A stretch of DNA of 64,000 nt, taken from NCBI GenBank assembly GCA_942492855.1, contig OW818647.1, positions 878,528 to 942,527 on the forward strand, given 5' to 3'. Each line of letters begins with the position of its first letter. Positions within the stretch are counted from its first letter, which is position 1. The DNA is from Armatimonadota bacterium (GTDB taxonomy: Bacteria > Armatimonadota > HRBIN16). This document shows positions 1-10,925 of the stretch, piece after piece. A program made the translations under genes and the position numbers. The notes beneath the pieces are model-generated. The model was not told where the DNA came from, ran no database searches, and worked only from the letters and a program-made list of their open reading frames with translations.

Positions 1-1940
1 GCCAGTTGCTTTACGGCAAGAACTACTTCCGCGAGAAGTTCGGCATCGACAGCAAGATCGTGTGGTTGCCCGACAGCTTCGGATATACCGGCAGTCTGCC
101 TCAGGTCATGAAACTGGCCGGCATCGATCTGTTTATCACGCAGAAGCTTAGTTGGGACAGCTATAAAACCTATCCGCACCACAGCTTCTGGTGGGCCGGT
201 ATCGATGGATCCGAGGTGATGACTCACCTGCTGCCCGAGGACACCTATAATGGCAGTGCCACCCCAACCTCAGCCTATGTTTCCGAGCAGCGTTATATAG
301 ATAAAGGTGTCAGCGAGGCGGCGTATATGGCGTTCGGCATCGGCGATGGCGGTGGTGGTCCGGGTGAAGAGCATCTGGAGCGCCTGCAACGGATAGGCAA
401 CCTGTTGGGTCTGCCCCGCGTGAAGCAGGAGTGGTGCGGCGACTTCATGACCAGGTTCGCCAAGGATGCCCACCGCTTCCAGCGATGGCAGGGTGAGCTC
501 TACCTGGCGCACCATCAGGGCACCTACACCACGCAAGCCCGCAACAAGAAGTGGAACCGCAAGATCGAGCTCATGCTGCGTGATTGCGAGATGCTCAGCA
601 CCTGGGCCAGCAGCGTAAACGGCCTTGAGTATCCGAAAGCGGAACTGGAAAAAATCTGGAAAGAGGTGCTGCTCTACCAGTTCCATGACATCATCCCCGG
701 CAGCAGTATCACCCGCGTATACGACGAAAGCCGAGAGCGCTACGCCGCCATGGCTGAGCAAGTCTGCGCGCTGACCAGCACCGCGCTGGCCTCACTGGGC
801 CAGGGCTCTGTGGGCGTCTTCAACAGCCTAAACTGGCTGCGTAGCGAGTGGGTGAAGACCGACGGCGGATGGCAGTGGGCACAGGCCCCCTCTTGCGGCT
901 TCGGAATCCTCAGCCAGGAGGCGGTTCCTCAGGTCACGGCCACCGAGACGCTGCTGGAGAACGAGCTGGTGCGCGCCGAGTTTGACGCCAGCGGCAACCT
1001 CATCAGCATGTTCGACAAGAAGACTGGCTTCGAGGCGCTCGAGTCACCCAGCAACCAGCTCCGTATCTATGACGACCCCGGCGATGCTTGGGACTTCCCC
1101 ATCTGGATATCTGACCAGATGCCCCAGTATATGGAGCTCGTGGAGCAGTGCGCTTATGTAGACGGCCCGCAAGCGGTGCTGAAGCAGGTTCGTCACTACG
1201 GCGAGAGCAGCTTGACTCAGTGGATCACCCTCACAGCCGGATCAGCAAGTCTGGAGTTCCGCACCGAATGTGACTGGAAGGACGCCGCGAAGCAACTCCG
1301 CGCGGACTTCGACACCACCATCCATACCAACGCCGCCGACTGCGAAATCCAGTTTGGCACTATCCAGCGGCCGACCCACCAAAACACTGTGTGGGAGTAC
1401 AGCATGTTTGAGGTCTGCGCCCATCGATGGGTGGACCTGAGCGAGCGGTCACGTGGTGTGGCGGTGCTGAACGACTGCAAGTATGGCCACGCCTTCCACC
1501 AGGGTCAGATCAGCCTGCATCTGCTGCGCACACCGGGCGATCCCGACCCCGTGGCTGACCGTGCCCAGCACAGCTTCACCTACGCGTTGTATCCGCATAC
1601 CGGTGACTACGTGAAGGGTAGAGTGCGTGAAGCCGCGCATGAGCTGAACAGCCCGCTGCGGGTTTTGGAGAGCGGCAGCAAAGGCAGCCTGCTGAAGCTA
1701 AGCTCCGCCAGCGTCTATATCGAGGCGATCAAGCGAGCGGAAGACGGCGAGGGTCTGATCGTGCGCCTGTATGAGGGCACCGGTGCCGATGTGGACTGCC
1801 TGGTGACATGCGGTCTGCCTGTAGCGTCTGCCACGGTCGTGAACCTCATGGAGGAGCCGATCGAGGCCGTGGAGGTGCAGGACGCCACCATCGCGCTCAG
1901 CTTCCGCCCATTTGAGATCAAGAGCCTGCAACTGGTGTAG
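1..1940 (+). CDS. alpha-mannosidase, glycoside hydrolase family 38 (5'-truncated at window edge)
   Basis: ORF 6..1940 stays open to the window start, so the true start lies upstream. Translation opens with FGIDSKIVWLPDSFGYTGSLPQV, the WxPDxFG region typical of GH38 catalytic domains, followed by ~600 aa. Stop TAG at 1938-1940. Confidence 0.75.
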   Translation, partial: QLLYGKNYFREKFGIDSKIVWLPDSFGYTGSLPQVMKLAGIDLFITQKLSWDSYKTYPHHSFWWAGIDGSEVMTHLLPEDTYNGSATPTSAYVSEQRYIDKGVSEAAYMAFGIGDGGGGPGEEHLERLQRIGNLLGLPRVKQEWCGDFMTRFAKDAHRFQRWQGELYLAHHQGTYTTQARNKKWNRKIELMLRDCEMLSTWASSVNGLEYPKAELEKIWKEVLLYQFHDIIPGSSITRVYDESRERYAAMAEQVCALTSTALASLGQGSVGVFNSLNWLRSEWVKTDGGWQWAQAPSCGFGILSQEAVPQVTATETLLENELVRAEFDASGNLISMFDKKTGFEALESPSNQLRIYDDPGDAWDFPIWISDQMPQYMELVEQCAYVDGPQAVLKQVRHYGESSLTQWITLTAGSASLEFRTECDWKDAAKQLRADFDTTIHTNAADCEIQFGTIQRPTHQNTVWEYSMFEVCAHRWVDLSERSRGVAVLNDCKYGHAFHQGQISLHLLRTPGDPDPVADRAQHSFTYALYPHTGDYVKGRVREAAHELNSPLRVLESGSKGSLLKLSSASVYIEAIKRAEDGEGLIVRLYEGTGADVDCLVTCGLPVASATVVNLMEEPIEAVEVQDATIALSFRPFEIKSLQLV

Positions 1941-2150
1941 GGTCGGGGTCTCCCCGACCGGGCCGTTTATGGGCAATCCGCCCGTTCCAAGGGCAAGCAC
2001 AGGGGCTTGCCCCTACAACAACTCACCCCCAGCGCATCCGCGCCGGGGGTGTGTTTTTATTGATCGGTCCGATCCGTCATACCCGTCCAATTGGGCGACC
2101 GCGGGTCGCCCCGCGGTGGACATGCCCGAGGTGAACGGTTGGTAACCAGG
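1941..2150. repeat. GC-rich palindromic intergenic repeat (family A: gggcaagcacaggggcttgccc / cccccagcgc..gggggtgtg / gggcgaccgcgggtcgccc hairpin modules)
   Basis: Directly follows the GH38 stop. About 130 bp is near-identical to 4105-4262, and the same hairpin modules recur in variant form at 8869-9060 and 10890-10925. Confidence 0.8.
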
Positions 2151-2169
2151 CGACAAACACCACGGATAT

Positions 2170-2710
2170 CAGCTCAGCCTATTACCCACCAATATCTGCG
2201 GAGTCAGTAGACGCAGATTCCGCGACATAAATGTCTCGGCTATTGATCATCAAGCCTGCTGAAGCAGTCTGAGTACAGCCACCATACACACGACTGGGCG
2301 TAGCCCGGCAGCCTGCTTCAGCAGGCTTGGCTGGTCAATAGCCATGTGCTTTAGCGCAGTCTATTACCCACATGTCGGAGCGTGGTGTTTTATCGTTATA
2401 TGATGGTGTATGCCACTCCGCCGCGCCCTGAAGGACGGCGGCTTCTTATCCGAAAAGCCGTCTAAAGACGTCTGAAATACCGAGACACCAAGTGCAATGA
2501 CACCATACCTCACCGTTTCTACACGTTCTCAAACCAGATTTCATGCCTGCAGCCGGCTTCCAGCCGGCTTACCGGTTAATAAGCCGCCGTCCTTCAGGGC
2601 GCGGCGGGGAGATGTGGGTAATAGCCATGTGCTTTAGCGCGTGGCATGGCGGAATGTAGAAATTTTCAACGCACGACCATCATCCGTATAGGTGGGTAAT
2701 AGTCTGCATA
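2170..2710. repeat. cluster of nested MITE-like inverted repeats
   Basis: 12-mer ctattacccac at ~2179 and ~2363 with its reverse complement gtgggtaatag at ~2612 and ~2693. Direct repeat gccatgtgctttagcgc at ~2340 and ~2623. Imperfect 30-bp inverted repeat ggctattgatcatcaagcctgctgaagcag / ctgcttcagcaggcttggctggtcaatagcc (2238-2342). Near-perfect 27-bp inverted repeat ccgccgcgccctgaaggacggcggctt / aagccgccgtccttcagggcgcggcgg (2418-2607). Confidence 0.7.
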
Positions 2711-2739
2711 ACAGCCTGCGGTGTCATGCAGTAAAGCTC

Positions 2740-4098
2740 TTACCGCTGCTTATGAATCCAGCCAGCGATGTCATTTACCACCTGTTCTGACACATTACCT
2801 GGCATAACATACTCAGTTTGGGTGATTCTGCCTTCGCCTTGAACATAATAATGATTCAGCTTTGGATAGTTTTTTATCGTCACGCTTGACTTCGAACCAA
2901 GGGCCTCTGACCAGATTCGGTTATCCTCTTCTGTCGTATCATAATCACGTCCCGTCTGTAGCATGAGAATCGGTTGTTTCAGGCTCTTTGCCATACCTGC
3001 AGCGTCATAATCTTTAAGATCAAGCCAATAGGATACAGGCAAGTAGAGAACCCTCCTCGAGCTGTCTGATGCAGGTGTCAGCATGGCGATCTCAGCCTTG
3101 GCCCTCCTTATGTCGGCGACCAGCTTCTTAGAATCAGCAGAAAGAACTGGTTCAGATACCTGCAGCTTGTAAACTACACCATCTAAAATGACATCTTCTG
3201 GTCGGCGCGCGATGGCTGCGCTCAATATCATACCAGCGATATCAGGGTGTTCCTTACCAACCCTGGGAAGCAAATACCCGCTATAATCATGCCCCAAAAC
3301 ATAGATTCGTTTTTGATCTATCTCCTTACGCTTTCGGCATAAAGCAATAGCAGCATCTACAACACCGGTCTCCTCGTCCTTGGCTGTCCAATTTTCGGTG
3401 ATCGCAACGATTTCTTTGAGGTTGTCCTTGTAACTTGACAAACCATCGTAACGCAGAACCGCAATACCCTGAGAAGCTAACCCCCCTGCAATATCTCTAT
3501 ACGGTCTATTCATGCTATATGAACTATCTCGGTCACCCATGCTCGTTGCCGGAACCAAAATGACGACGGGGCACCGTTTATCAGTGACGGGCAAGGCGAG
3601 TATTCCATGGAGCTGCCACTTCTGGTGCTTTATAATTATGGTGCGTTCCACGTACCTGTCTTCGTGAACATAGGAAGGTGATGCATATGGCGGATTTAGC
3701 GAGTTATTGGCTGTAAACTTTATCATGCCTATCGTATTGTAGTCCGTTAACCAAACACTTACGTCCCACACAAACTTTTCGAATTTCAGGGTCACAACTA
3801 CAACGGCGCGTCCTTCTCTGGTCTCTTGCCATGTTTTTGTACGACCGATGAAGGCACCTGATTTTTCAGATATCTCTTTCCAGTTAAGCCGTATTCGATC
3901 TTCCGAAAGAAGACCTTTCACCTTGCCATCGATGTTTTTGGTCGCAGAAGCGAAATCACCTCGTGCAATCGCGTCCACCATATCTTCAGCCACTTTATGG
4001 CCCGATTTATCTGCACAACCTGTCGCAACAATCAACGCGATAAATGCAAACAATACAACGGCAGCACGGCACAGTGTCTTGACCACTCGATGATTCAT
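2740..4098 (-). CDS. lipoprotein, alpha/beta-hydrolase fold (family uncertain)
   Basis: 452-aa ORF. N-terminus MNHRVVKTLCRAAVVLFAFIALIVATGCADKS has a signal peptide with a lipobox-like ATGC. C-terminal two-thirds has alpha/beta-hydrolase character (VLGHDYSGYL around a nucleophile-elbow-like position). Family not verifiable without a search. Confidence 0.55.
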   Translation of the reverse strand: MNHRVVKTLCRAAVVLFAFIALIVATGCADKSGHKVAEDMVDAIARGDFASATKNIDGKVKGLLSEDRIRLNWKEISEKSGAFIGRTKTWQETREGRAVVVVTLKFEKFVWDVSVWLTDYNTIGMIKFTANNSLNPPYASPSYVHEDRYVERTIIIKHQKWQLHGILALPVTDKRCPVVILVPATSMGDRDSSYSMNRPYRDIAGGLASQGIAVLRYDGLSSYKDNLKEIVAITENWTAKDEETGVVDAAIALCRKRKEIDQKRIYVLGHDYSGYLLPRVGKEHPDIAGMILSAAIARRPEDVILDGVVYKLQVSEPVLSADSKKLVADIRRAKAEIAMLTPASDSSRRVLYLPVSYWLDLKDYDAAGMAKSLKQPILMLQTGRDYDTTEEDNRIWSEALGSKSSVTIKNYPKLNHYYVQGEGRITQTEYVMPGNVSEQVVNDIAGWIHKQR

Positions 4099-4104
4099 TT
4101 TCTA

Positions 4105-4262
4105 CCCCGTTTTTTCTTCTGCTAAGGCGTTCCACGGGCAAGCACAGGGGCTTGCCCCTAAAGACACACCCCCAGCGCTTCCGCACTGGGGGTGTGTTTT
4201 ATTGATCCGCCCGATCCGTCATATCCGTCCTATCGGGCGACCGCTGGTCGCCCCTACGCGGG
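4105..4262. repeat. GC-rich palindromic intergenic repeat (family A copy)
   Basis: gggcaagcacaggggcttgcccct...acccccagcgcttccgcactgggggtgtgttttattgatccgcccgatccgtcatatccgtcc...gggcgaccgctggtcgcccc, near-identical to 1990-2130. Confidence 0.8.
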
Positions 4263-4267
4263 AACCC

Positions 4268-5293
4268 CTACAGCTTGACGCGGCAGCCGTTCTCGGTGCT
4301 TTCGTAGCAGGCCAGGATCATGCGCAGGCTATCGCGGCCGTCCTCTGCGGTGCAGATGGGGTCGCGCTTGCCGTGCAGCCAGATCGACAGAGGCTCTGCC
4401 AGCCCGGGAATGCGCTCGCCCTGGGTGCGGATGGTGTTCTCTTGATGCCAGGCCGGCTCGCCCGCCAGGAACCACTTCAATGAGATACCACCTTCAGGAC
4501 GCAGACCGCTGCTGGGGCCGTCGCCGTAGTTCTGCACGATCATGCCCTTTTCGCACAGGATCTCGGTGGTGTTCTCACCGGTCACGCTGGTGAAGCTGCT
4601 GACCACTTCAGCGATGAGCCCGCTGTCGTAGCGCAGGACGGCGATGCCGTTGTCGTTCTTCACTTTGGGGTTGACAATGGTGCTGATCTCCGCGGTGATG
4701 GAAGCCGGCACGCCTAGAAGCCAGTGTAGCATGTCCATCGGGTGAGAGGCGTCATCCGCCCAGATGTCGCGGTTCAGTTCGGCGGAATTGTGCCAGGTAT
4801 TTTCAAAACCAGGCCAGGTGTGGGTGGAGAGGCAGTGGCGTCGGCGGGCCATCAAAATCTTGCCAAAGTCATTGGTCGCCAGCAGCTCTTTCATGCGCAG
4901 GTTCTCGGGGTCTACGCGCATCTGCCAGGCCATGGTGAAGCGGGTGTTGTTGGCGTTCACGGCCTCCACGATGGCATCGGCCTGCTCAAGGGTCAACGCC
5001 ATGGGCTTCTGCAAGATCACCGCTTTGCCGGCGTTCGCGGCTTTCACAACCAGCTCGGCGTGAAAGGCGGTCTCGCTGGCCACCACTACGGCCTCGATAG
5101 ATTTATCGTTAAGTATTTCATCAAGCTCTGCTACGCAGGGGATATTAAACTGGGTGGCGAAGGTCTGGGCGCGCTCCGGCTGGCGGTCCCAGCAGCTCAC
5201 CACTTCGATATCTAGTTCCGGTCTCTGCTGCCACACATTCACATAGCTGTTCACGTGGCCGTGGGCCAATCCGGTAATCGCGACTCGAACCAT
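4268..5293 (-). CDS. Gfo/Idh/MocA family NAD(P)-dependent oxidoreductase
   Basis: Translation MVRVAITGLAHGHVNSYVNVW... is a Rossmann N-terminus typical of Gfo/Idh/MocA. Start placed at the internal ATG (5291-5293) preceded by GGAGG, rather than the longer ORF start at 5443. Confidence 0.7.
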   Translation of the reverse strand: MVRVAITGLAHGHVNSYVNVWQQRPELDIEVVSCWDRQPERAQTFATQFNIPCVAELDEILNDKSIEAVVVASETAFHAELVVKAANAGKAVILQKPMALTLEQADAIVEAVNANNTRFTMAWQMRVDPENLRMKELLATNDFGKILMARRRHCLSTHTWPGFENTWHNSAELNRDIWADDASHPMDMLHWLLGVPASITAEISTIVNPKVKNDNGIAVLRYDSGLIAEVVSSFTSVTGENTTEILCEKGMIVQNYGDGPSSGLRPEGGISLKWFLAGEPAWHQENTIRTQGERIPGLAEPLSIWLHGKRDPICTAEDGRDSLRMILACYESTENGCRVKL

Positions 5294-5562
5294 TGGTTGC
5301 CTCCGATTTGGGGTGTTGTTGCCAACAATATAGCACAATAGCGGATGAACTGCCAGTGCTGATGCAAGCAGTGCGCTGGCTACACAAGAAGATATCATGC
5401 GAAATTTGTTTTTAAAACTGAAGCATTTCATGAATCTGATCACTATTATATGAGTTACAAGGTATCATATAATACGCTAATCTGTTACGGCAGTCAGTCA
5501 CACCGGCTTTACCAACTGGGTAAGGTATATTTTCTTCTATTGAATGACTGGAGGTTGCTCTC

Positions 5563-7147
5563 ATGATTCGACGGATTCTTTCACGAGTGATCATCACCAT
5601 CATGTTAATGTGTGTGGGTTCATTCACCTGCCTGGCTTTTCCAAAAGCCGAGATCAGTGTCACTGGTATACCTGATCCGGTTAAGAACGGCGATCTGCTC
5701 AGGGGGTCGGTCAGCATCACGTTGACCGAGTTCACTGCACCGGTCAAGATATCGGTGTATGTCACGGTAGACGGTAAAAATGCTGAGGTCACGCTTGTGA
5801 ATAGAACAAACGGCGTTCACAAGGTTGCACTCTCGACCGATGCTCCAATCCGCATCGACAAGCAGCCGACCGCCTACTCGACCAAGGTTACGATCAACGC
5901 CATGATATTCACGACGAACCCTGACCCATACTTCACCCAGCGAATCGTCCCCATCAATGTGACAGGTGCTCCCAGCAAGACGATTAGGTTTATAGACGCC
6001 GACTGTACAGCGAAAACAGGCGGACGCGTTGGCGACAAATGCACCCTGATGCTGAAATATGCTGTGGTGAACCACGGCAAGGCCGAAAATGTATCTGTCA
6101 CAGAGACCGTAAGTGTCACGGGGCCTCAAAGCATCAAAATCGCTCCCATCAAACGCACCCTGCCCAAGTTGAAGGGGAGCTCGATCGTTACTTCGAACAG
6201 CTCCGCGGTGGTTTTGAAGCAAGCCGGGACCTACTACTGGACGGTCACTGTGCAGGCTCCAGGGTACCAATCGTCGGCCTACAAGACCACTACCATAATA
6301 AAACCAGAGCAAACCACGCGTAAGCTGAGCATAATCAAGGCACAGGTCACCCCTCAAAGTGCAAAGACGGGGTCCCCTATCAGTTTCGCGGCAACCATAT
6401 CTACTGCTGCCGACTTTCAAGAGGCAATACCGGTGGCCATAAAGTCTGTCATCACAGGCCCAGAGAACGCGGAAGACTCGCAGTCACTTGCGTTTACGAA
6501 TGCCAGTAAAGGTAAAGAGACTGCGCTTCCTCCGGACATTTAACACACCAGGTAAATACACCTGGAAAATGACAGCTAAGTCACCTAGCATGCCCGATGC
6601 CACAGAAACAGCCTATTTCACGGTCACAAAGGCACCGAAACGCGAGATTCGGGAAGGAGCTCAGTGGTGGGTGTGCGATAAACCGGTGGTGACCACTCAG
6701 GATCATTACAGCAACTGGAAAGAAACCCCAGCGCCCGAAGGCATGACCGTTGACTTGGAAGCCAACACCGTGACCTTTGAAGTGATGGAAAAAGGTCGCA
6801 AGGTCACCAATATCATCCGGTTCACGCCGCCTGATCTGCGGCTGCAGAGCGGCTGGGAGGTGGAGCTTCAGCTTTCGTGCATGGAAACAAACCCGGACCA
6901 CGCCGCCTTTTCCGCCTCATGGGATGCCGACGGCATCAACCCAGCCGGTTTTACGATGACCAATGGATCAGTGCTGAGCGTTCCCAATAGGAAACACGCA
7001 GACGGCAGCAGTATGCTTTCCGGAACGACACCGCTGGAGTTCAATCCCAGCTCATCAAAACCATATTTCAGCCTGCTTGTCTGCCAAAGTGGAGGTTCAA
7101 ATCGGGCGATCACCATCTGGTGGCGCTACCATAAGGGAGCGAAGTAG
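5563..7147 (+). pseudogene. secreted multi-domain repeat protein, interrupted by a frameshift near 6523-6529 (paralog of 7267..8868)
   Basis: ORF 5563..6543 (frame 1) and ORF 6488..7147 (frame 2) together align colinearly with the intact 534-aa paralog downstream (NASKGKETA / FLRTFNTPGKY versus SASGPSGTGSFKMTFDDAGKY). Signal peptide MIRRILSRVIITIMLMCVGSFTCLA. GGAGG RBS before ATG 5563. Confidence 0.6.
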
Positions 7148-7266
7148 TATTCCGATGTAAGCGCATGCGCGAAACCCAGCACAGCGGATCAGTCCGATTC
7201 GCCATATCCGTCAGATGCCATAGAATAGGCCAAAATCTACCATATGATATCCGAGGAAAACACATT

Positions 7267-8868
7267 ATGATGCGTTCTGCTATTCGTTTCGCCTACACTC
7301 TCCTCGTGTGGGCTGCAGCGGCTTCGGCGCTATCTGCTGCACCGAAAATCGATGTCGTTATCGCAGGGGTGCCTGCCACGGTAAATTACGGTGACATCCT
7401 AAGTGGCGCGGTGACCATCACCTTGTCCGGCTTCGAAAAACCAGTGGACCTGTATGTCCACGCAGAGGCCGCAGCACGAGAGCAGGGCCTGACGTTAACC
7501 AGACGCGGGAACGGCATTCACAAGGTGCCCCTATCCCAAAGCCTGCCCTTGTGTATGAACGGCGATGCGGCCACGGGTCAAGTGAAGCTCAGTGTGAGTG
7601 TGCATGTCGATCGTAACAGCGAAGCCCAGGCGTTCGGTCATGCAGAGACATCATTCATGATCAAAGAACCGCCAGCCAAGTACATCGACTTCGTCGACGC
7701 CTATTGTTTTGTCAGCAGTGGCATCAAACCCGGCAAGTCTACACTCGACTTGAGGTACAAGCTACACAACAATGGTACCCCTGCTTCAGTGGTCCTCACT
7801 GAGTCAGTGAGGGTGAACGGTCCAGACGCTCAATCTCTTCCCGCTATGCGGCGGATGGTAGCCAAATTCAAAGGTCACACCGAGGTGACTGCGGGTATCC
7901 GAAGCGTGGTGCTGAAAAAGCCAGGTCGGTATGACTGGACTATCACCATCACAGCACCTGGTTACCCCACAGCAGTTAAAAGGATCATTTCGTATGTCAC
8001 GGATGACTCCACTACAGTCACGCCCTCGGTGAGTAAGCCCAAACCCAGCCTTGCGATCACCAAGGCGACTATCAACCCACAAAACGCCCGAACGGGCCAG
8101 GCGATCTCATTCATCGCGACGTGTAAAGTGAACGCATCGGGTGAGTTTGACATACCGGTGACGATGAAATCCGCGATCGATGGGAAGGTCAGTGAAGACA
8201 ACACTCAGACGATACAGCTCAGCTCCGCCTCAGGCCCAAGTGGCACAGGCAGCTTCAAGATGACATTTGATGACGCAGGGAAATACATCTGGCGACTTAG
8301 CTTCAAGGCGCCGGGATATCCCGAGGTCACGCAAAACATCCCCTTCACGGTCACCAAATCGGTGAACCACGAGGTGCGTCCAGGTGCGCAGTGGTGGGTT
8401 TGTGATAAGCCCATCATCACCACGCAGGATCAGTATGGAAACAACAAGGAGACACCGGCTCCCGCGGGTATGCAGGTCAATCTTGACGGCAACATGGTGA
8501 CCTTCGACTTCATGTCCAACGGGAAACACGTCGTCAGCGTGATCAGGTTCACCCCGCCAGACCTGCGTATTCAGGAGGGCTGGGAGCAGGAACTCGCCAT
8601 CGAATGCCAGGAGTTGAACCCAAGCCTCGCGTCCTTCAATGCCAGATGGTACCAAAACGACATCAGTTCAACACTCGGTGACCCTGAAGCGACCACCGTG
8701 ACGACATTCAAGAAGCCAGATGGAACCAGCCCCCTCACATGCCGGTCTGTGGTGGTGGCCAAACCATCCACCACAGCAAAACCCAGTTTCCAGTTGGTGG
8801 TGGGGCATGCAGAGGATTCAAAGCGAGCGGTCAGTATTTTCTGGAACTACAAGAAGGAGCCGAAGTAA
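7267..8868 (+). CDS. secreted multi-domain protein of unknown function (intact paralog of 5563..7147)
   Basis: Start at internal ATG 7267 with upstream GAGGAAAA. Signal peptide MMRSAIRFAYTLLVWAAAASALSA. Internal repeats ending in xAPGYP, and a conserved C-terminal domain (GAQWWVCDKPIITTQDQYGNNKETPAP...IRFTPPDLR) shared with the upstream paralog. Confidence 0.7.
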   Translation: MMRSAIRFAYTLLVWAAAASALSAAPKIDVVIAGVPATVNYGDILSGAVTITLSGFEKPVDLYVHAEAAAREQGLTLTRRGNGIHKVPLSQSLPLCMNGDAATGQVKLSVSVHVDRNSEAQAFGHAETSFMIKEPPAKYIDFVDAYCFVSSGIKPGKSTLDLRYKLHNNGTPASVVLTESVRVNGPDAQSLPAMRRMVAKFKGHTEVTAGIRSVVLKKPGRYDWTITITAPGYPTAVKRIISYVTDDSTTVTPSVSKPKPSLAITKATINPQNARTGQAISFIATCKVNASGEFDIPVTMKSAIDGKVSEDNTQTIQLSSASGPSGTGSFKMTFDDAGKYIWRLSFKAPGYPEVTQNIPFTVTKSVNHEVRPGAQWWVCDKPIITTQDQYGNNKETPAPAGMQVNLDGNMVTFDFMSNGKHVVSVIRFTPPDLRIQEGWEQELAIECQELNPSLASFNARWYQNDISSTLGDPEATTVTTFKKPDGTSPLTCRSVVVAKPSTTAKPSFQLVVGHAEDSKRAVSIFWNYKKEPK

Positions 8869-9060
8869 CGGATTCAGTGCAGTGCCAGTGCTGCCACCCT
8901 GGGCGGGGTGGTTCCACCGCCAGAAGGGCGATTCGCGAATCACCCTTATAACCCTCATCGAGAAGGGCAGCCACAGGGGGCTGCCCCACGGAACCTCCGC
9001 GGTGTGGTTCCGCTGTTGGCGAGAGTTATGTGGGTTATTATCCGGTATTTCCCGAACACT
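8869..9060. repeat. GC-rich palindromic intergenic repeat (variant modules: gggcagccacagggggctgcccc, ggcgattcgcgaatcacc)
   Basis: Hairpin modules related to families A and B, located between the secreted paralog and the isomerase-like gene. Confidence 0.6.
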
Positions 9061-9189
9061 CACAAAATCTGCTGAGCTTTGGTGGTGTTACAGGCCGATT
9101 CTCACCCCATATGAACTCCAGCCGAAACATATCTGCGATACAATATCGCTTAGAGAACCCCAAATTCCCAACACTCCGAGGATAATACC

Positions 9190-10680
9190 ATGCTTAATGC
9201 CCCTGATGTAAAGCTTGCGATAGTCGGCGTCAGCCGTGACTGTTTCCCCATCGACCTCACCAGAACCCGGCTTGGCAAGTTGGCCGAGGCCTGCAAGAAG
9301 ATCGGCCTGGAAATATACGTGGCCGAGACAGTCATCGAAAATGAGGTCGATGCGAACGCCGCGCTGGACGAGGTGCTCTCTAACGGCGCCAACGCCGCGG
9401 TGGTCTACCTAGGCAACTTCGGCCCTGAAGGCCCGCTCAGCATCTTCGCGGAGCAGTTCCCCGGCCCGGTCATGGCGTGCGCTGCCGCTGAGGAAACCGG
9501 CGACAACTTGATCCAAGGCCGCGGCGATGCGTATTGCGGCATGTTGAACGCCAGCTACAACTTCGGCCTGCGGCAGGTGAATGTGTACATCCCCCAGATG
9601 CCGGTCGGCTTGGTGGATGAACTGGCGGAGAAGATCGCCCATTTCGAGACGGTCGCCCGCATTGTGATCGGTGTATGGAACCTGAAGATATTTGGTTTCG
9701 GTCCACGCCCACATGACTTCTTCGCCTGCAACGCACCCATCAAGCCGTTCTACGACATGGGTGTGGAGGTGATGGAAAACAGCGAACTCGACATGTTTGA
9801 GCTGTTCAACAAAACCTCGGGCGATGACCCTGAAGTGAAAGCCGTTCTGGCCGATATGACGAAGGAACTGAACACTTGCTGCGGGAACAACCATCCTGGG
9901 ATTCTTCCTAAGCTGGCCCGCTTCGAGGTGGCCCTGCTTCGCTTCGCGGAAAAGAACATCGGCAGCCGTGACTTCGCCGTTTTCGCCAACAAATGCTGGC
10001 CTGCGTTTGAAACAAGTTTCGGGTTCGTGCCATGCTTTGTCAACAGCCGTCTGAGCAGCCGCGGCATCCCGGTGGCGTGCGAAGTGGACCTGTATGGCGC
10101 ACTCAGCGAGTATATGTGCTATCTGGCAAGCTGCCAGCCGGCCACCCTGCTGGATATCAACAACACCGTGCCCCGCGACATGCTCAAAAGCGCAGACCTG
10201 AAGGGGGCGTCGATAGATGACCTCTTCATGGGCTTCCACTGCGGGAACACCCCCAGTAGCTGTATGAAGAACTGCAGCATGAAGCATCAGTTGATCATGA
10301 ACCGCTTGCTGGAAGACCCCAGCAAAGAGCCTGATATCACCCGAGGCACCCTGGAAGGCCAACTGAAGCCCGGCGATACCACATTCTTCCGTCTGCAGGG
10401 CAACGCAGCCGGCAAGCTGGTGAGCTATGTTTGCGAGGGCAGCATTCTAGACATCGACCCGCGCAGCTTCGGCTGTATCGGCGTGTTCGCCATTCCCAAC
10501 TTCGGCCGCTTCTACCGCCATGTGCTGATTGGCAAGCAGTTCCCGCACCATGGCGCCGTGGCCTTCAGCAAGGTCGGCAGAGCGTTGTATGATGCATCGC
10601 TGATGCTGGGCGTGGAGGACATGAACGTGCCGCTGCCATCCAGCATGTGGTATCCCACCGAGAACCCGTTCGAGCTGTAG
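9190..10680 (+). CDS. L-fucose isomerase / L-arabinose isomerase-like sugar isomerase family protein
   Basis: 496-aa ORF. N-terminal KLAIVGVSRDCFP... and overall size and composition resemble the FucI/AraA-like isomerase family. Assignment from memory of family features, not verified. Confidence 0.5.
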   Translation: MLNAPDVKLAIVGVSRDCFPIDLTRTRLGKLAEACKKIGLEIYVAETVIENEVDANAALDEVLSNGANAAVVYLGNFGPEGPLSIFAEQFPGPVMACAAAEETGDNLIQGRGDAYCGMLNASYNFGLRQVNVYIPQMPVGLVDELAEKIAHFETVARIVIGVWNLKIFGFGPRPHDFFACNAPIKPFYDMGVEVMENSELDMFELFNKTSGDDPEVKAVLADMTKELNTCCGNNHPGILPKLARFEVALLRFAEKNIGSRDFAVFANKCWPAFETSFGFVPCFVNSRLSSRGIPVACEVDLYGALSEYMCYLASCQPATLLDINNTVPRDMLKSADLKGASIDDLFMGFHCGNTPSSCMKNCSMKHQLIMNRLLEDPSKEPDITRGTLEGQLKPGDTTFFRLQGNAAGKLVSYVCEGSILDIDPRSFGCIGVFAIPNFGRFYRHVLIGKQFPHHGAVAFSKVGRALYDASLMLGVEDMNVPLPSSMWYPTENPFEL

Positions 10681-10925
10681 AGCGGATGTTCCCATCCCGA
10701 CCGGTCCGGTTTTCGCTTTCCGGGCCGGTCTTTCCCGGCTAGCCATGCGGAATCCGGAGGATCGACTGAACCACGGATTACACGGATTACACGGATGGGT
10801 TCGGATGGAGAGGAGAGGGAGAGGCCAATCGGGAGATTGGCGTTCCCAGGGGAAATACCGTATGGGCACGGCGCGCCGTGCCCATACACAATACCTGGCA
10901 AACGGGCAGCCACAGGGGGCTGCCC
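10681..10925. repeat. GC-rich palindromic intergenic repeat (family B: gaaccacggattacacggat, gccaatcgggagattggcg, plus gggcagccacagggggctgcccc)
   Basis: Fills the whole gap between two convergent genes. Modules recur at 37598-38000, 45600-46440 and 49816-49935. Confidence 0.8.
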